The notes: generated by a model not told the origin, from the sequence alone. Shown: positions 12,801 through 27,039, counted from the first letter of the stretch. The stretch is 64,000 nucleotides of DNA from Trichoplax adhaerens (GCF_000150275.1 NW_002060945.1:321872-385871), one strand, 5' to 3'. Program-made: numbers and translations.

Positions 12801-15800
12801 ATGGATATAAGCAATTTCTCCAATCTTTTAACCGGTGTATTAAAAAGTGGCAGTTGGCTTAATTTACTACGAGTTGATTTATTGCCAACCAACGTCTTAT
12901 CGGTTCTTAGTCACTATCTCAATCAATTAAGAGATGGATTAAAATGCTTAGATCTATCACAATCCAGTCAATATAGTCAACGTGGTAAAACAGTCTATCA
13001 ATTAGATTATGACTTCAATGAAGGCCTCGAGGAGATTCTAATCCCAATTTATTCCCGTCGAAATTCAATCAATACACTGCATAGTTTCATATCTAAAAAA
13101 GAAGATAGCAGTCACCATCAACGTTCTACTCCATTACTGCATCAGCTGCAACGTCGTAATTCAACGGGATCTTTATCTGGATCAATTCAGACTGCTCACA
13201 GGCCGATGAAAAAACAACATTCTAATTTTGAATATCATTTTCAGCATCGATCAGCTAATGATATGAAACGCTCAGCTATTGATTACCTTAAAACAACATG
13301 TAATTCGACTCCACCAAAAGTGTTACCGTTAGGTTCTATATGCTTCCAACAGCAATTAATCCAAGCTAATCCTCATCTAGGGTGTTTTGTTACTATGGAA
13401 GCACACCAGATATTAGGAAGTAGACTACCTGATAACTTTCGCAAATTGTTGCGTCCAATGTGTATTATTCAACCCGATATTCGCCCAATTACTGAAGTTC
13501 TTCTGCTGTGTGGTGGTTTTAATCAAATCACCTATTTATCCAGTAAAATAGAGAAATTATGGAAAATGGCTGAAATTCAATTAACGTCTTCGTTGTCCTT
13601 GAAACTATTACGTGAAATACTGAACTGTTCAAGGCAGAAACTTGAAGAAATCAAAATACAACAATTGATTCAAAGTGATCTTGATCAGTCATCGCCTACA
13701 AATCCTGATAATATCAAATATAGTAGTCCTGCACCATCAGAAACGCTTACAACAAGATCGGCATCCCCTATTTCGTCTACATTAAATCGTTCACCTGTCA
13801 TGAGTGATCAGGAAAGCAATATCTCCATTATCATGGAGGAAAGTGCTATAGTTTATGGGATACAAACTATTGCAAAAGCGCAATTACTGATTAATGATAA
13901 TATTATTATAAAAAGATTAGCCGAAGATATATTCCCAGTGCATCGTAAGATAGAAAATATTGAAAATTTGTCAGCTGACGATTCAACCTTAATTACAGCA
14001 GTTAAAGAACAGTTGAAATTGGAATATTTAGAACCAACGCCTACTACAATCAATAAAATCATCAGCTTAAATATGAGTATCAAAAATCATTTAGGTGTTA
14101 TTCTATTCGGTCCTTCAGGTAGCGGTAAAAGTACTTCATATGAAATGTTAAGTCGGGTCTTAAATGTTCTTCATACTGAACAATTATATCAACAGTCCCC
14201 ATCAAGTAGACCCGTAACCAAAGGTGGCAGCAAAACCAATTACATTGGGCAAGATAATGAACCGACTAAAGCCATTAATAGTGAAGAGTTAACTACGGTA
14301 TCGACCGGTCCTCAACCGACATTTCCTCGAGTCGAAACAATTATTACTTACGTTAAATCATTAAGCAACAAGCAGCTGTTCGGTTCTACCGATTCTAAGG
14401 ATGGTTGGCAAGATGGTTTAGTGTCTAAGTTATTTCGCGATGCTGCACAATCTCAACGTCAACAGGCAACACAACGAAGCCACTCCTCAGTCAGTAAATG
14501 GTTCATATTCGACGGTGTCATGGACACATCTTGGACCGAATTGTTCATTAAATTATTAGATCGATCAACTATTACTTTACCAAGTTCAGAAAAAATTACA
14601 CTGCCTTCGTCTTGTTCACTGCTCTTCGAATTATGTGATTTAACAGATGCTAGCCCATCTATTGTTACGCGTTGCAGTCTTGTCCATAACGGTAGTGATG
14701 GAGTTAGTTGGAAACATTTAATTAGCAAATGGCGTCAAAATTCCATCGGTAATTGGCACATATCAGATCACGATATGGATTTACTAGCCTCATTAATTGA
14801 GAACATCATGGAGCCAGCAATAGAGTTTTTCCGCTCGCATCGGTCTAAAACGATGAATGATTTTCATTCAGTAGGTGTTGTTGAAGGTATTCATGAAATT
14901 CACTCCTTGTTGACTATCCTTTCCGCTTTATTCGACCGTTATATGTCGAGAGAGGGTTTATCAACCGCTGACTCGACTACTACGGATTCTACTAAAAGTT
15001 TTAGTCGAGATATAGGCAGTTCACGACAGTCTACTCCATCTAGTCCATTGAGAACTAGGTACAGCGGATCAAGCCTAGCTGTAGTTAACCTATTAGCTTA
15101 TGCCTACATTTGGAGTTTAGGTGGAAACTTGAATGAAGAATTGCATCAACAATTTGATTTATTAGTTCGTAAATGTTTATCATCCTACGGTATACAGCTA
15201 CCAAAGATGGGATTGGTATTTGACTATTTATATGATAAAAGAACTAGCCAGCTTGTCCAGTGGGAGTCTGTTTATAGTAGTAGCCAGCGAATGATCCCGT
15301 CATCCTATTTTACTACATGCAATGTAAGTAGATATTGATAATGGTTTTAGTCATTTTAATTATATACAGGTATCAATTATCATACTTACCTATGTAATTG
15401 AAAACGATATTATAGCTAGAAAAGTACTTTCATCTGCTGGAGATATTAGTTGCAAACGGTTCCTCCGTTATGTTAGTTGGAGAGTCTGGTGTCGGTAAAG
15501 GGTCTATGATTCAGGTAAACCATATTATCAACGACTAAAGTTGTCGAAGACTTTTACCGAGACTTTGCCTTCTAAAGTTAAAAATAACTTGAATCTCACT
15601 ACTTACAGTGTATAGTTATGTTGATTTAATTTAAAAAAAAATACATTCTATATTTTTCCTATTTCAATTTGCTTTCTAGAATCGTATTCAATCGCGGCAT
15701 TCCTATACCAAAATTACAATAACTCCGAACTTGCAAGTTGATGAACTACTAGATACTATCAACAATAAATTAAATAGTTTTGAACGTTTCCAAATTGGCA

Positions 15801-18800
15801 GGCAAAATAATCCACAACAAACGGGTTCGCGAAAACTACTTTTTTACTTAGACGATCTTTCAACAGCTTACAATGATCCTACCGCTAATGCACAGCCAAT
15901 CTGTGAAATTCTTCGTCAAGTAATATCCATAGGTTTGTAACTGAAGGAATGATATTCGTGAATACTATCAATTTTTAGAAGAGTTTGAATACTTTCAAAG
16001 TAAATTTATATTTTAGTTTTAAAAATTACGTATACTTTATACTGTATTAATCAATTAATGCAGTAGTGATTCATGATCACATCAATTATATTTTATATAT
16101 AAATTTATAATTTAGGTGGAACATTTCATCGGCACCGATTAAATTTTAGGAACATGAGACATATTCATTTTATTATTACTGCTACTGATCCTTATACCGC
16201 CGGTATGGGAGGTGGCGTATCGAGATACTGCATCAGTAGTCGCTTTCTCAGATTATTTCCAGTTATTCGACTACGTAACTCGAGTCATGAGCAGTTAACT
16301 GATCTCTTCAATACATCAATCAACTGTTGGCTAGAGCAGATAGTACCTCATCCTTTGGCTTGCTCAAATGAATTATCCAATGCACTTGCAACAGCAACGG
16401 TTGAATTATATACAAAAATTAAAGCTAACCTAAAGCCAACTCCACTCCATCCACAATATGTTTTTACCTTACACAATCTTCATAGAGTTTTAAGCAGGAT
16501 GTTTTCTGTTTCCGTTAACCCGAGAAGTGTTCGACGACGATCATTTGTTCAATTTACAAATAACGATAAAACTACCGATAGGAAAGGTATGGAATATGTG
16601 GATAGGATAAATAATAAACATGTCGGCTTCAGAATATTATAATTAGGCCTGAGTCAGAAAACTTTCATTTTGATCTAAATATGACCCTTCCCTTTTAGCA
16701 CTATCTAGTGTAAGTCAAGATCCAAATTTGCCAGTAATACGTACCACTATACGATTATGGTGTCATGAAGTTAGCAGAGAATTTTCCGACAGATTAACCA
16801 ATGAAAACGATCAACACCTTTATGAAGAAGAACTACGTCAAATTGTTATTAAACATTTTTGCAGTCGCAGGTCACCGACTACGAATTTACCTTCAAAGGC
16901 TACTAGCAACAGTCTTACTATTCCAAGTAAGAGAGATCTACGAAATAATAGATATTATACGCTCTCGTACTAAGTTGATATAAATATATTTACGAGTATA
17001 TACATAGATACATTAAATCATATCGGCCTTTCAATCGTTTAATGTGTTATTAATAATATTTTTAACTCAGAAACTCCTGTTAAAAAACCAATGCTGCTTA
17101 CTGTTAATCTGCCTGAAGCATCATCGACTCCTAATTTATCTAACGATCCATTAATACAGCGAGAAGCCTTATTCTCATCCCGAGAAAAGCTTAGAGATAT
17201 CGTTTTTACTAAATACTTTATGCCCAACAGTGATGGGAGATTTAATCGTGGTGACTTTAATCGATATTATACGGAATGTAGTCTAGGGGAATTTAGAATT
17301 GGATTAGAACAATGTCTTGCAACTTATAATGAAGAAACTTCCACTCATCGTATTGAATTTGCCTTTTTCCCCGAAGCAGTTGAACATATCAGGCATGCAG
17401 TAAATGCATTATCAATACCCGGCAGTCATTGCTTAATGATAGGTGTTCCTGGCTCTGGAAAAAGTACAATTGTAAAATTGGCTACCTTTGCTGCAAATTG
17501 TGAGGTAAAATTGGGAAAATTTTCACTGTAGTAACTGCTAGTTCTATTCCTGGGTGTGGACGTAGTTCTATTCTTTTTTTAACCACATGTACAAAATCTT
17601 TTCAAGGGTTACAATTGTACTACAATAGTTTCTTATTAATCAAAATATAAAAATTATTACAGTTCAGAAAATATAACCTAGTCATCTTCTTTGTGTTAAA
17701 ATTAAATAGTTATGCTTTTAAAATGATCTCAAACTGTTACGTTGTGTTGCGTAAAGGTCTTAAAAATCGACAGCAGTATGATTGATCAAGAAATTTCGGA
17801 TACGATAAAAATTGCTTGCTTGTCTGCTGGGATGTATGAAAAAAGAACTGTTTTATTGGTATCTGACACGCTGCCAGAAAAATGGATGTACTATATTTCC
17901 TGTTCCTTAATGACCGACGGTAATTAATTTGAAATATGGTTTTTAAATGCAGTTAAAACTGCATCTAACATTACAGTATATGGTATTAGTTTGCTTCATA
18001 TGGCACTACAGATACACCTTTTATGCGGCTAAAATACTTTAACGTTTGATTGCTCACCACAATGGATCAATTGCGGGATTGTCATTATTTGTAAATAACA
18101 TTCGTTGATATCTATTTTCAATATAGGCATTATTCCAGGTTTAATTACACCTAGTGAACTAATGAACATTTGGTCACAAAAAGCAACTGGTATTGGAACG
18201 AGAAGAATTGATAATCCGGATGTAGTATATGACCAATTTACGAATTTAGTACGAAAACATCTCCATGTCATTGTTAGCTTAACATATCGAGGTGGAGCCG
18301 AAGGGGATTTTTCATATGCGGAAAGAAGTTTATTAACAATGCTTAATAAATTTCCTCAGATGCTCATCAATTCTTCTTGTGTTGATATCTACAAGCCTTT
18401 GTCGATAGCATCATTACAAATTTTTGCTCAAGAATGGTTAGAGAATAATTTCATACCATTAATCGATACGAACGTTGATCATGATTATGATCTCGTTAGC
18501 CGTCTCGACAAAATTAGTAACGCGATCGCTAGGATCTTTGCTATCTCACGAGATACCGCCATTCAACTATCCATTAAAGATTCATCCTATGATGAAATGT
18601 TTACTTTGGATACTTACAATGAATATTTAGTTCTTATTAGGACGATAGCATGCGATATTCTCGATAAGGAAAAGGTATTAGAATAAAATAAAACTTGTTT
18701 TCAAATCGTAACACAAAGATAAGATTAATCATTGTAACGTTCTTTGATCAATTAGGAAATTACTAAGATCTATGAAAGTGGATTGAAGAAGTTAAACGAA

Positions 18801-21800
18801 GTTGAATGTGAAGTTGAGATGATAGAAAATCGATTATCTCAGTTAAAACCTGTTCTTCAACAAAATCAAAGGATCTCACAACAGTGGCAAGCGGCAGTTG
18901 TTCAAGAGAAGGAAGATTATGTAAAGGCTCGCGATGAGTGTCGTGATACTGAGAAAGAAATCGTGCGAATTGGTGATATAATACGAGAACTTAAAGAAGA
19001 TGCTCATACGGAATTAAATAAGGTTGATGAGCAGGCAGCGGTGCCTTAATATTAGCATTACATTATGTCTCAACGGATATATAGCATTAGAAATCTCTCT
19101 AAAGCAAAGCATTAAATTATTGCCTACGGTATCATATCTAAAAACTTGCTCTATATTACTTTTCATCGTAAATTAGGTTTTGCCATTATTTGAAACTGCT
19201 CTCAAAGCTCTAAAATCATTAAAGCCTCAGGACGTTGATGAATTACGAACTTATAGGGATCCACCTGATGCGGTTGTCCATGTTATGAATGCAATTTGCG
19301 TGCTTTTCGATCGTGAAAGAAGGTATGGCACGTTATTGCAGTAATATTTATGTTCGTTTCCTCATTGATTGAATCAAATAAACTAACGATACATAAAATA
19401 TTCTATTGTAACGCATTTATAAAACACAAAATTGTAGTTGGTTTGAATCGAAACGACTTTTATACCGCGAAAATTTCTTCTTGGATTTGGAACTATACGA
19501 CAAAGATAATCTATCAGATAGCAAACATAAGGAACTTCGACGATTTTACAATAATCCGCAAATGAAACCTGAAGTGGTTGGCCAATCAAGTGCTGCTGCA
19601 TGTTCTCTATGTCGATGGATTCGAGCTTTATATGAGTATTCTACTGTGTACCGAAAATTAACTCCTAGACGTCAGTTCCTACAAGAAGAATCTAAACGAC
19701 TTATTAAAGTAATTGATAAAAGAACATAGCATATTATTGCATTAATGAACTTAAATCAATTCGGTGAAATTTAGCAAAATCGCTTGCAGCTTTGCTAATC
19801 AACATGATATCGCTTAACTGCAGTAATAGTTTTATAGAGGCCAGTAAGAATAGTATTTCAATTGAAAGTAATTTCTGATTATGATTGTATCAGGTGGAAA
19901 CGTTACTTGGTGATCGACGGTTAACCTGTGAAGGCATTAGAAGGAAATTGGAGTCAAAGTTGCAGTCTCATAAAGATTGTATTCGACAAGTTAAAGAAAC
20001 TGAAAAGAGAATTCAGGTCCTTGTCATATATACCTTATATGTAATATTACTCAAGCATAGGGACAGTATTTTACAAGTTGTAGTGAAAAAAATTCATTTT
20101 TCTGTAGATTTAACTATGGAAAGATAGACTTATTATGGTATACAGCTAAATAGGCTTGCTTGCTACTTTATTCCTTTATTTCTATCTTTAGGAATCGAAT
20201 GATAGAATTGATAGCGCTACGACATTAATTGAAAGTTTAAGGTTACACACTGGCGACTGGAAAAAGAAGGTTGCAGATTCTAAAGAAAATATTAATTCTT
20301 GTTTCGGTGATGCTTTAGTAGCTGCTGCTTGTGTTTGCTTTCATGGTCCTTTCAGTATGGAAACAAGACTGCAATTGCAGCAACTATGGATTGATGCATG
20401 TCAAAGTGGTGATCAAAACGCAGCCACCACGGAAAATAATTCTCTACAAGGTTCCATACCAGTTCGAAAGAATTTCAATTTAGTAGAGATTTTAAGTAGC
20501 GAAGAAGAACAGTATATATGGAAAAGGAATGGATTGCCAACGGAATCGATTGATATCAATAATGCTTTGATATTAAGAACAGCAAGTGATCATCGTTTCC
20601 GATCGTGGCCGTTAGTGATTGATCCCGATGATATTTCACTTGAATGGGTTAAGGCATTAATGTCATCGGAAACAAAGTTAGGTCAATATGCTAAGAGAAG
20701 GCTAATGATGAATCCAATGCTAAACTATAAATTGAATGATATTGTACATGATATGACCTTTACAAGTTCAACAACTACCTCACCCGATATCTCTGAAGAT
20801 AAAATTATCGATCTACCTAGTTTCGGATCAATGCATGGAATATTTAAGCCTCGTACTTTAACAGTGTCATCAGGAATGAATACTTCGCCATCTTTAATAG
20901 GAGTATCCTCAGTTTTGCCCGAACAGATCGAGACAAGCATGATGATTCAAAGTCAAGAAAGAAGTGTGATGGTAATCAATATAGACAGCGATGGAATTCA
21001 AGAACGTGTTTTAGAAGCCGTACAAAATGGTTATGTCTTGATGATTCGACATTTTGAGCGTGTTGTCAACGATGATTCATTAATCAGTTTAATCCAACGC
21101 AATATAGTATTCGATCAATATGATCACAACAAAATGAAAATGCGCATAGCTGGCGAACTGATTGATTTTAATCCAAATTTTCGTCTTGTCCTGATATCAT
21201 CATTTCCATTAGCAGTGATACGAAGCAGTTTGTCTGTTTTGCCATTTGCCAACCTTGCTATTTATAACATTGCCGCTAGTGATCAAGGAATGCTTACAGA
21301 ATTATTTAATATGACAATTTCGCTTGAAAGGCCTGAATACAACGGTCAACTACGATCTTTAGATGCTGATGTGCATCATCATCGTCAGCAGTTAGATGTT
21401 GAAATGGTAACAGTATTAAGATTAGATTCATATCATAATCAAATTGAGTCTTTTGAACTAGTCAAATTCTCAGATTACTACTGTTTAATATTGTCTTAGT
21501 GAAATTTAATAGAATCAACAATAATATCATTGGAGCTAGTTACGATAAACTATTATTAAATATACGTACTCTAATCGTATTGTTAAATATTATCTTATTT
21601 TGTATTTGCTCAATGATAGGGACGAATATTGAAAAAAGTTTCCAATTATGAAAACTTAATACTGGATGATGAAACACTAGTAGAAGAACTCCAAAAAACG
21701 CGTCAAAATTACGACCTTTATCAAGAAAGATTGCAGGAAGCGTTAAAGCAACGTAATAATCTAATTGATAGACAACAAGCATTTCTTCCTGTTGCAACAC

Positions 21801-24800
21801 GTGGAGCTATCCTCTACAAAATAATGAGTAATATGATCTCACTGTCTTCTTTATATCATTTTCGGTTAGTATCATCCGTTTTAACAATGTTGCCCTATTG
21901 GAAAATTGTATAGTTGCATTTATGAAAATGTTGTGGAATTTTTTTACAGATTGGGATGGTTTCTGGATACTTTCACAAGTGCGATATCGGAATGTAAAGA
22001 TAGTAAAATTATAGGTGGTTCACCGGACGCTAGAGCTGCGGAGTTATGCAACTTTCTAACTCTTTCTATATGCAAGCGTCTTTCTTGGTCATTGCTTAAA
22101 AAACACTCATTTCTATGTATTTCAATGGTAACAATCTCGATACTAAGGCAGCAATCAATTAATCAACAAATTACAAATGAGGAATATGTGCTATTTGCTA
22201 ATGGCCCGAAAACACAGTTATCACTTAGAAATTCATCAGAGTTTACTATTAACGTAGACATTCCAGCATGGATATCTAGAGAGGTTCTATTGAAGTTTTT
22301 TTTTGTATATGTTTACTACTTGCCATATATCATACTGAGAGTTGCGACTAACGTATGCGACTATTTCTCCTAATTCAAGGCTTGGATTTCTTTAAAACAA
22401 ATACCAAACTATGAGCCAATTGTATCGTCATTCTTAACACTAAGAAACCAATGGAACGAATATTTTTCTGTATGATACGATTTAGTGCAGTAGATTTTTG
22501 CTTATGAATTGGTATTAATGTATATATGTTATATATATTAATCATGATATTGCCTTTCAGTCAAATCCTAGTTTAATATCAACAACGCCTGGATATCCAA
22601 CCTTATCTCTCAGCTTCTTTCAGAAAGCATTACTACTAAGATTAGTTAGACCAGAGTTGGTATGTTTGAATATATGGCTAGCATAGATTTTGGCTATAAT
22701 TCATTGGTACTATTCATTATGAATAGCTTAACTAATGTAGCTGATTTTTTCTAAAATCTCGAATCGATTCTATTTCAGACAACCAAAATACTGGAAGAGT
22801 TAATATTGTATACTCTAGGAACTGCTTATAGTGTTATGCCGCCATATAATTTAGACGAGCTTGTCAAATCAAGTAAAGTGCATACACCTATCTTGTGCTT
22901 TACTGAAAATCAACATGCTGAAGGTAATCCTATAGGATCGTCGTATTATTTTACAATTATTACCTGGAATAACGACCATAAAGAGTTAATATGGAGCAAT
23001 TTTAAAGTTTAGAATATCGTTCCTAATTATCAATTCGAATCAGTTGTACTTACATTTTCTTTGATATTATTATTAGATGATAATAAGAATATGGATAATA
23101 CCGCACTCAGCATTGATGCTCTTAAGGAAATAATGTCGTGCGGTGCACGCTTTTCCATGAATGGTCGAATAGTACATTTATCACTCGGGGAACCAGACTG
23201 TATCTCTGAAGCTATTAGAATCATTAAACTAGCTTTAAGAACTGGATGGTGGGTTGTACTACAAAATTGCCACCTTGTTCAGTATTGGTCTACTGCTCTT
23301 AAAAATTTAATCCAGGTTAAAGGAATTAGTCTTACAAATTAAGTAATTATTCTCGCGTGCTGATCTAGTAGATTTCTCACTATTTTTTTTTTAATAATCT
23401 AATTCTGCTAATATTTATCATATTTAGAGAATTATTTACTCCAAATATTCTCCTCAAAAATGGAATATTCATCAAGATTTTAGATTATGGTTTACAACAA
23501 GCATCAATCGAGGATATGAAATGCCAGCACTATTCTCTCAACATAGTATAAAAGTTGCTATTGAACAGAGTGTCAAGCTGCAAGATATATTATTCACATC
23601 CTATCATCAGTCAGTAAATTTCCTGAAAGTTGGACTTCAGCGACAACACTATAAACCGTTACAAGCCCATGTATGACATAGTTTTTTCAGATACATTAAC
23701 AATTATTACTAGGGTGTAGTAGGAATATTATCAATATTATTTAGTCTCTGCTAGAACGTAGTTTAACGAATGTTATTGCTCAATATACTATTTAGGCCAA
23801 GAGTGACTTTCTATGGTTGCTATGTTTTATTCATACCATTTTACTAAAACGACAAACTTTTGGTCGCTTCGCTTCAATTCATAACTACCAATGGTAACTA
23901 CTAATTATTGTAGTAGTATCATAAAATTTTTATTCAGTGACATTTTTAATAGTAAATTATCTTTAATGAATAGTCTCTGTTGGTATGCCGATAAGTTATG
24001 GTTGCTAACATATAATATTTTGATCAATAACTGAATATGAAAAAGGTCACAAGAGGACTTACTAGCTGCTATTGATGCTGTCGTTTGCTGTATCAATGAT
24101 GACATTGCGAGCCTTACCAGTTTAATTACCTCAGTATTTTATGGTGGTGCAGTTATTTCCGAATTTGACTTGAATACAACGCGTTCTGTCATCACATTAG
24201 CTATCAAGGTACGAGATCATAAGTACAGTATAGTCAAAATTGACCAGACTATTAAATATTGGGAATATTAAATGAGTTTACACAACTTACGAATATAACT
24301 TCTTTGCAGGATTTGCTACCGTTGGTTAAAGATAGACCATTTCTGTCCTATCAAATGTCGAATAAAGATTGGAAAGATGTTTTAAGTCATCTTGATCAAC
24401 TGGTTTATATCGGACTATCTGAGAAAGTAGACGAAGCTGTATCAGCGAATTTTGGGATGTAAGAATAAAGCTTGTATCATACCTTAAATAATTAATCTGA
24501 TTTTGGTTTTTGTTATTACTCCGATTATATTTCAATATTCTTCTACTCCTACAGTAGTTTATGATAATGGTTTTGAAAGATAAAAATAAATATCCAATTT
24601 ACCGTATATGCAAAACTTCCTGATAGACGTTATAATTATGAATTTCATTAAGGGCCATTTTGCATAACATGAAGTTAAGCCTTGGTGACGAAAAATTAGT
24701 ATCAATTCAATACGATGAATACCTTCAGCTATTAAGTCTTCTGTCGATCAGGATACCTGAGGAAATTAAAGTAGAGGATATTGATGCCCAATTAGACATT

Positions 24801-25541
24801 GGTCACCTTGCAAATGGTTGTTTACTAAGATTTTTACGTGATGACGCTAACAGGTATAACAAGGTTATTAGGATGATTCGTAAGGAGATATTTCAACTAC
24901 GTGAAGCAACGAATGGAAACTATTCCTTAACGCCGAGATTGGAAAAAATTTGTTCAAATTTACGGAATTTGATTGTGCCTACGCATTGGTATCCTTACTT
25001 ACCAACCCATTTACCATTTAACCAATGGCTAGAAGATCTAAGTCGAAAAGTTGCTACCCTAACGTCCTATATTAAAACTAGTCAAGAAAGTGATTTAAAC
25101 GATTGTGATTTAAGAATTTTCTATCAACCAGCTGGATTCCTCGATAGTTTATTACAAGATTATAACGGTTTAGTTAAAGCTGGCGTACTAGAAATAGATT
25201 TTGAGGTCAAAATTTTCAACGATAGCGAAAAGAAATGTGATCATGGCATTCATCTTTTGGGTTTGCAGCTACATAATGCCGCATGGGATTTTACCAAATG
25301 CTGTATCACTCAAGTCAAAGAAGCCCAGGCAACTTGTCCATTGCCAATTATTTGGCTTCGACCAATCAAATTATCAAATAAAGTCAAGAAAAGTAGCTAT
25401 CCAACATATTCATGCCCAGTATTGCACTCTTACTATCAAGATGTTGATAAAAATTGCATGATAAGATTATCATTGGCTACTGAAATTGAAGTTGGAATAC
25501 TTTATTTAAAACGAGTTGCTATTAGTGTTATGGATAGATAA
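815..25541 (+). CDS. DNHD1: Dynein heavy chain domain-containing protein 1-like (divergent axonemal-type dynein heavy chain), roughly 50+ exons
   Basis: Spliced exons give, in order: a DNAH6/DNHD1-type tail (FAYLNFDD..RPYDLVAVPK..LTLDEWQKEATIF..FFRNF); the linker (ARNEFPRFYFISNHQLLDIMS); AAA1 (YGYEYSG..RLVLTPLTERC); AAA2 (GPSGSGKS at 14109, DGWQDGLVS, KWFIFDG, DLTDASPSIVTRC); AAA3 (GESGVGKG at 15479, LLFYLDDL); AAA4 (GVPGSGKS at 17442); stalk/MTBD (ELRTYRDPPDAV..CSLCRWIRA); AAA5 (WPLVIDP, FNPNFRLVL); AAA6 (GWWVVLQNCHL, HQDFRLWFTT); and the C-terminal domain (GLQLHNAAWD, YSCPV). Dynein identity is certain. The DNHD1 subfamily call rests on the degenerate AAA1, the large insertions and the tail type. 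The start codon is tentative. Confidence 0.85.
3538..3790. repeat. Two-copy diverged tandem duplication, period 140 bp, in a dynein intron
   Basis: TATAT(T/A)ACACTTGTTGATTATA at 3541 and 3681. AATCAT..GATTACA..TAGCA, CAGTAAATTAA and GCATTTGTA (3643, 3782) recur in register. Confidence 0.85.
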
Positions 25542-27039
25542 TTATATATAATTACGCCCCCATCCAAGCTACATCGTCTGTTATAGTTTCTAGCGTGGCG
25601 TAATAACATCATAATCAACTGTCTATTCGAGATAATTTAGTAACGATTCTGTAATGCAGCAACGTGAAATTATATGCATTTACAGGTTGTTTAAATACTT
25701 GTAAAGATTGTGACATTGTTGCTATAGACAAGCTGACATAGAATGTGCGTTGAAATATGTAAATACTCGCACTGTATAGAAATGGACTAAATCTTATTTT
25801 CGCGTATATGTGCCGTACATTTTTGCTACCGTCAGTCATGCCTTTTACGACTCTATATATCTATTTAAATTTATTTTTTTATCGATAAATTGTATGATAA
25901 CTTACTATGGTTCACCACATGGAGCTTTCTTATACATTAAGTTTGATTATTATCAGTTGGAATTGTCATTCAAATCACTGTATGTTTTATCACTTGCTAA
26001 CCACAATGCCGGCAAACAATCTCTAAGATTTTTGTACATTGCTCTCGGAATAGATCTACGATGTAATGTAATCATCTATTAGTAGACTGTTACTATTCTA
26101 ATTATAAAAACTACAACTTACTATTCGGTTTCTAACGACAATCTATTTTATGGATAGGTAACGTCTCCAAGTCTTTACATTTTAATACTGTAAATGCAGC
26201 ATGTACTGTGGTTTGGCTAAAATTGCATGGGAAGAACTTTATAGCGCTCACTGTACTTGAAATCATGATTTGTAAATAGTGCATAATCAATGTTGTAGAT
26301 CCACTGTATCAACTACTGGCATATACTCAGCTCTAGTATCGAAAATAATTACATGTTGTATCGTAACTGAAGGTCTTCTGCTCGGGTTTCATTACGACGC
26401 TCGAAATTGTGTCCCAAGATTATCGTAATGGTAGAACATAATACAAGTGAAAACTTCTTCTACGAGGGATCCGAAGTATGTACTGTATTTCGAATTAATA
26501 GAATAATACAGTGCATTGGAAATGCTAGGGTTAAAGTAGCAAGGATTTCTCGTATTTAATTTACTACTAGGCTGTCTCGAGCCTAATAAAGGGCTGCAAT
26601 ATCTTAAGTGATCGATACACACGCGGATAAAATTATTTGATGCTAGCGCGTTACGAAATGAGATTTGGTTGGTAATTTTAATGCAGCGTCTATATTGGAA
26701 TTGAACTAATAAGTTAGCCCATTCTATTTTTGACCACAGTGAAGTAGCATTTTTGTCTAGCATAGAATCATGTAGTCTGGAACTTCTAAGAGAAAGTTCC
26801 CTAGGAAGTCCCTGCTGCAGTATGCAAGTCTGTAGAGGAGGCTATAGGTTAAAATACTTACCTCAATGTATTCTTGCGATAAGTTAGCGTCGCGTGCTCG
26901 TCAGTATTTGTAATATATCGTTAACTAACCCTTATTTTGTTCTACTGTATAACGGTAGAGTAAGAGCAACAAAGTTTCATTACAATATTGTAGCTCTACT
27001 GGACTCGACTGATGATATTTCGTTAATCTTACTTTTTAA

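Noticed and set aside
13853-21800. Minus-strand ORFs inside the dynein gene, and similar antisense ORFs within SF3B1, OXNAD1 and the GALNTs
   Set aside because: They are antisense shadows of real coding exons with no recognisable motifs.
24209-24652. Apparent frameshifts or stops near the dynein C-terminus suggesting a pseudogene
   Set aside because: They are resolved by ordinary introns (24209-24309 and 24459-24652) with compatible phases.
26797-26809. 13-mer TTCCCTAGGAAGT shared with 54896-54908 (reverse strand)
   Set aside because: A single 13-nt match is expected by chance in 64 kb searched on both strands.
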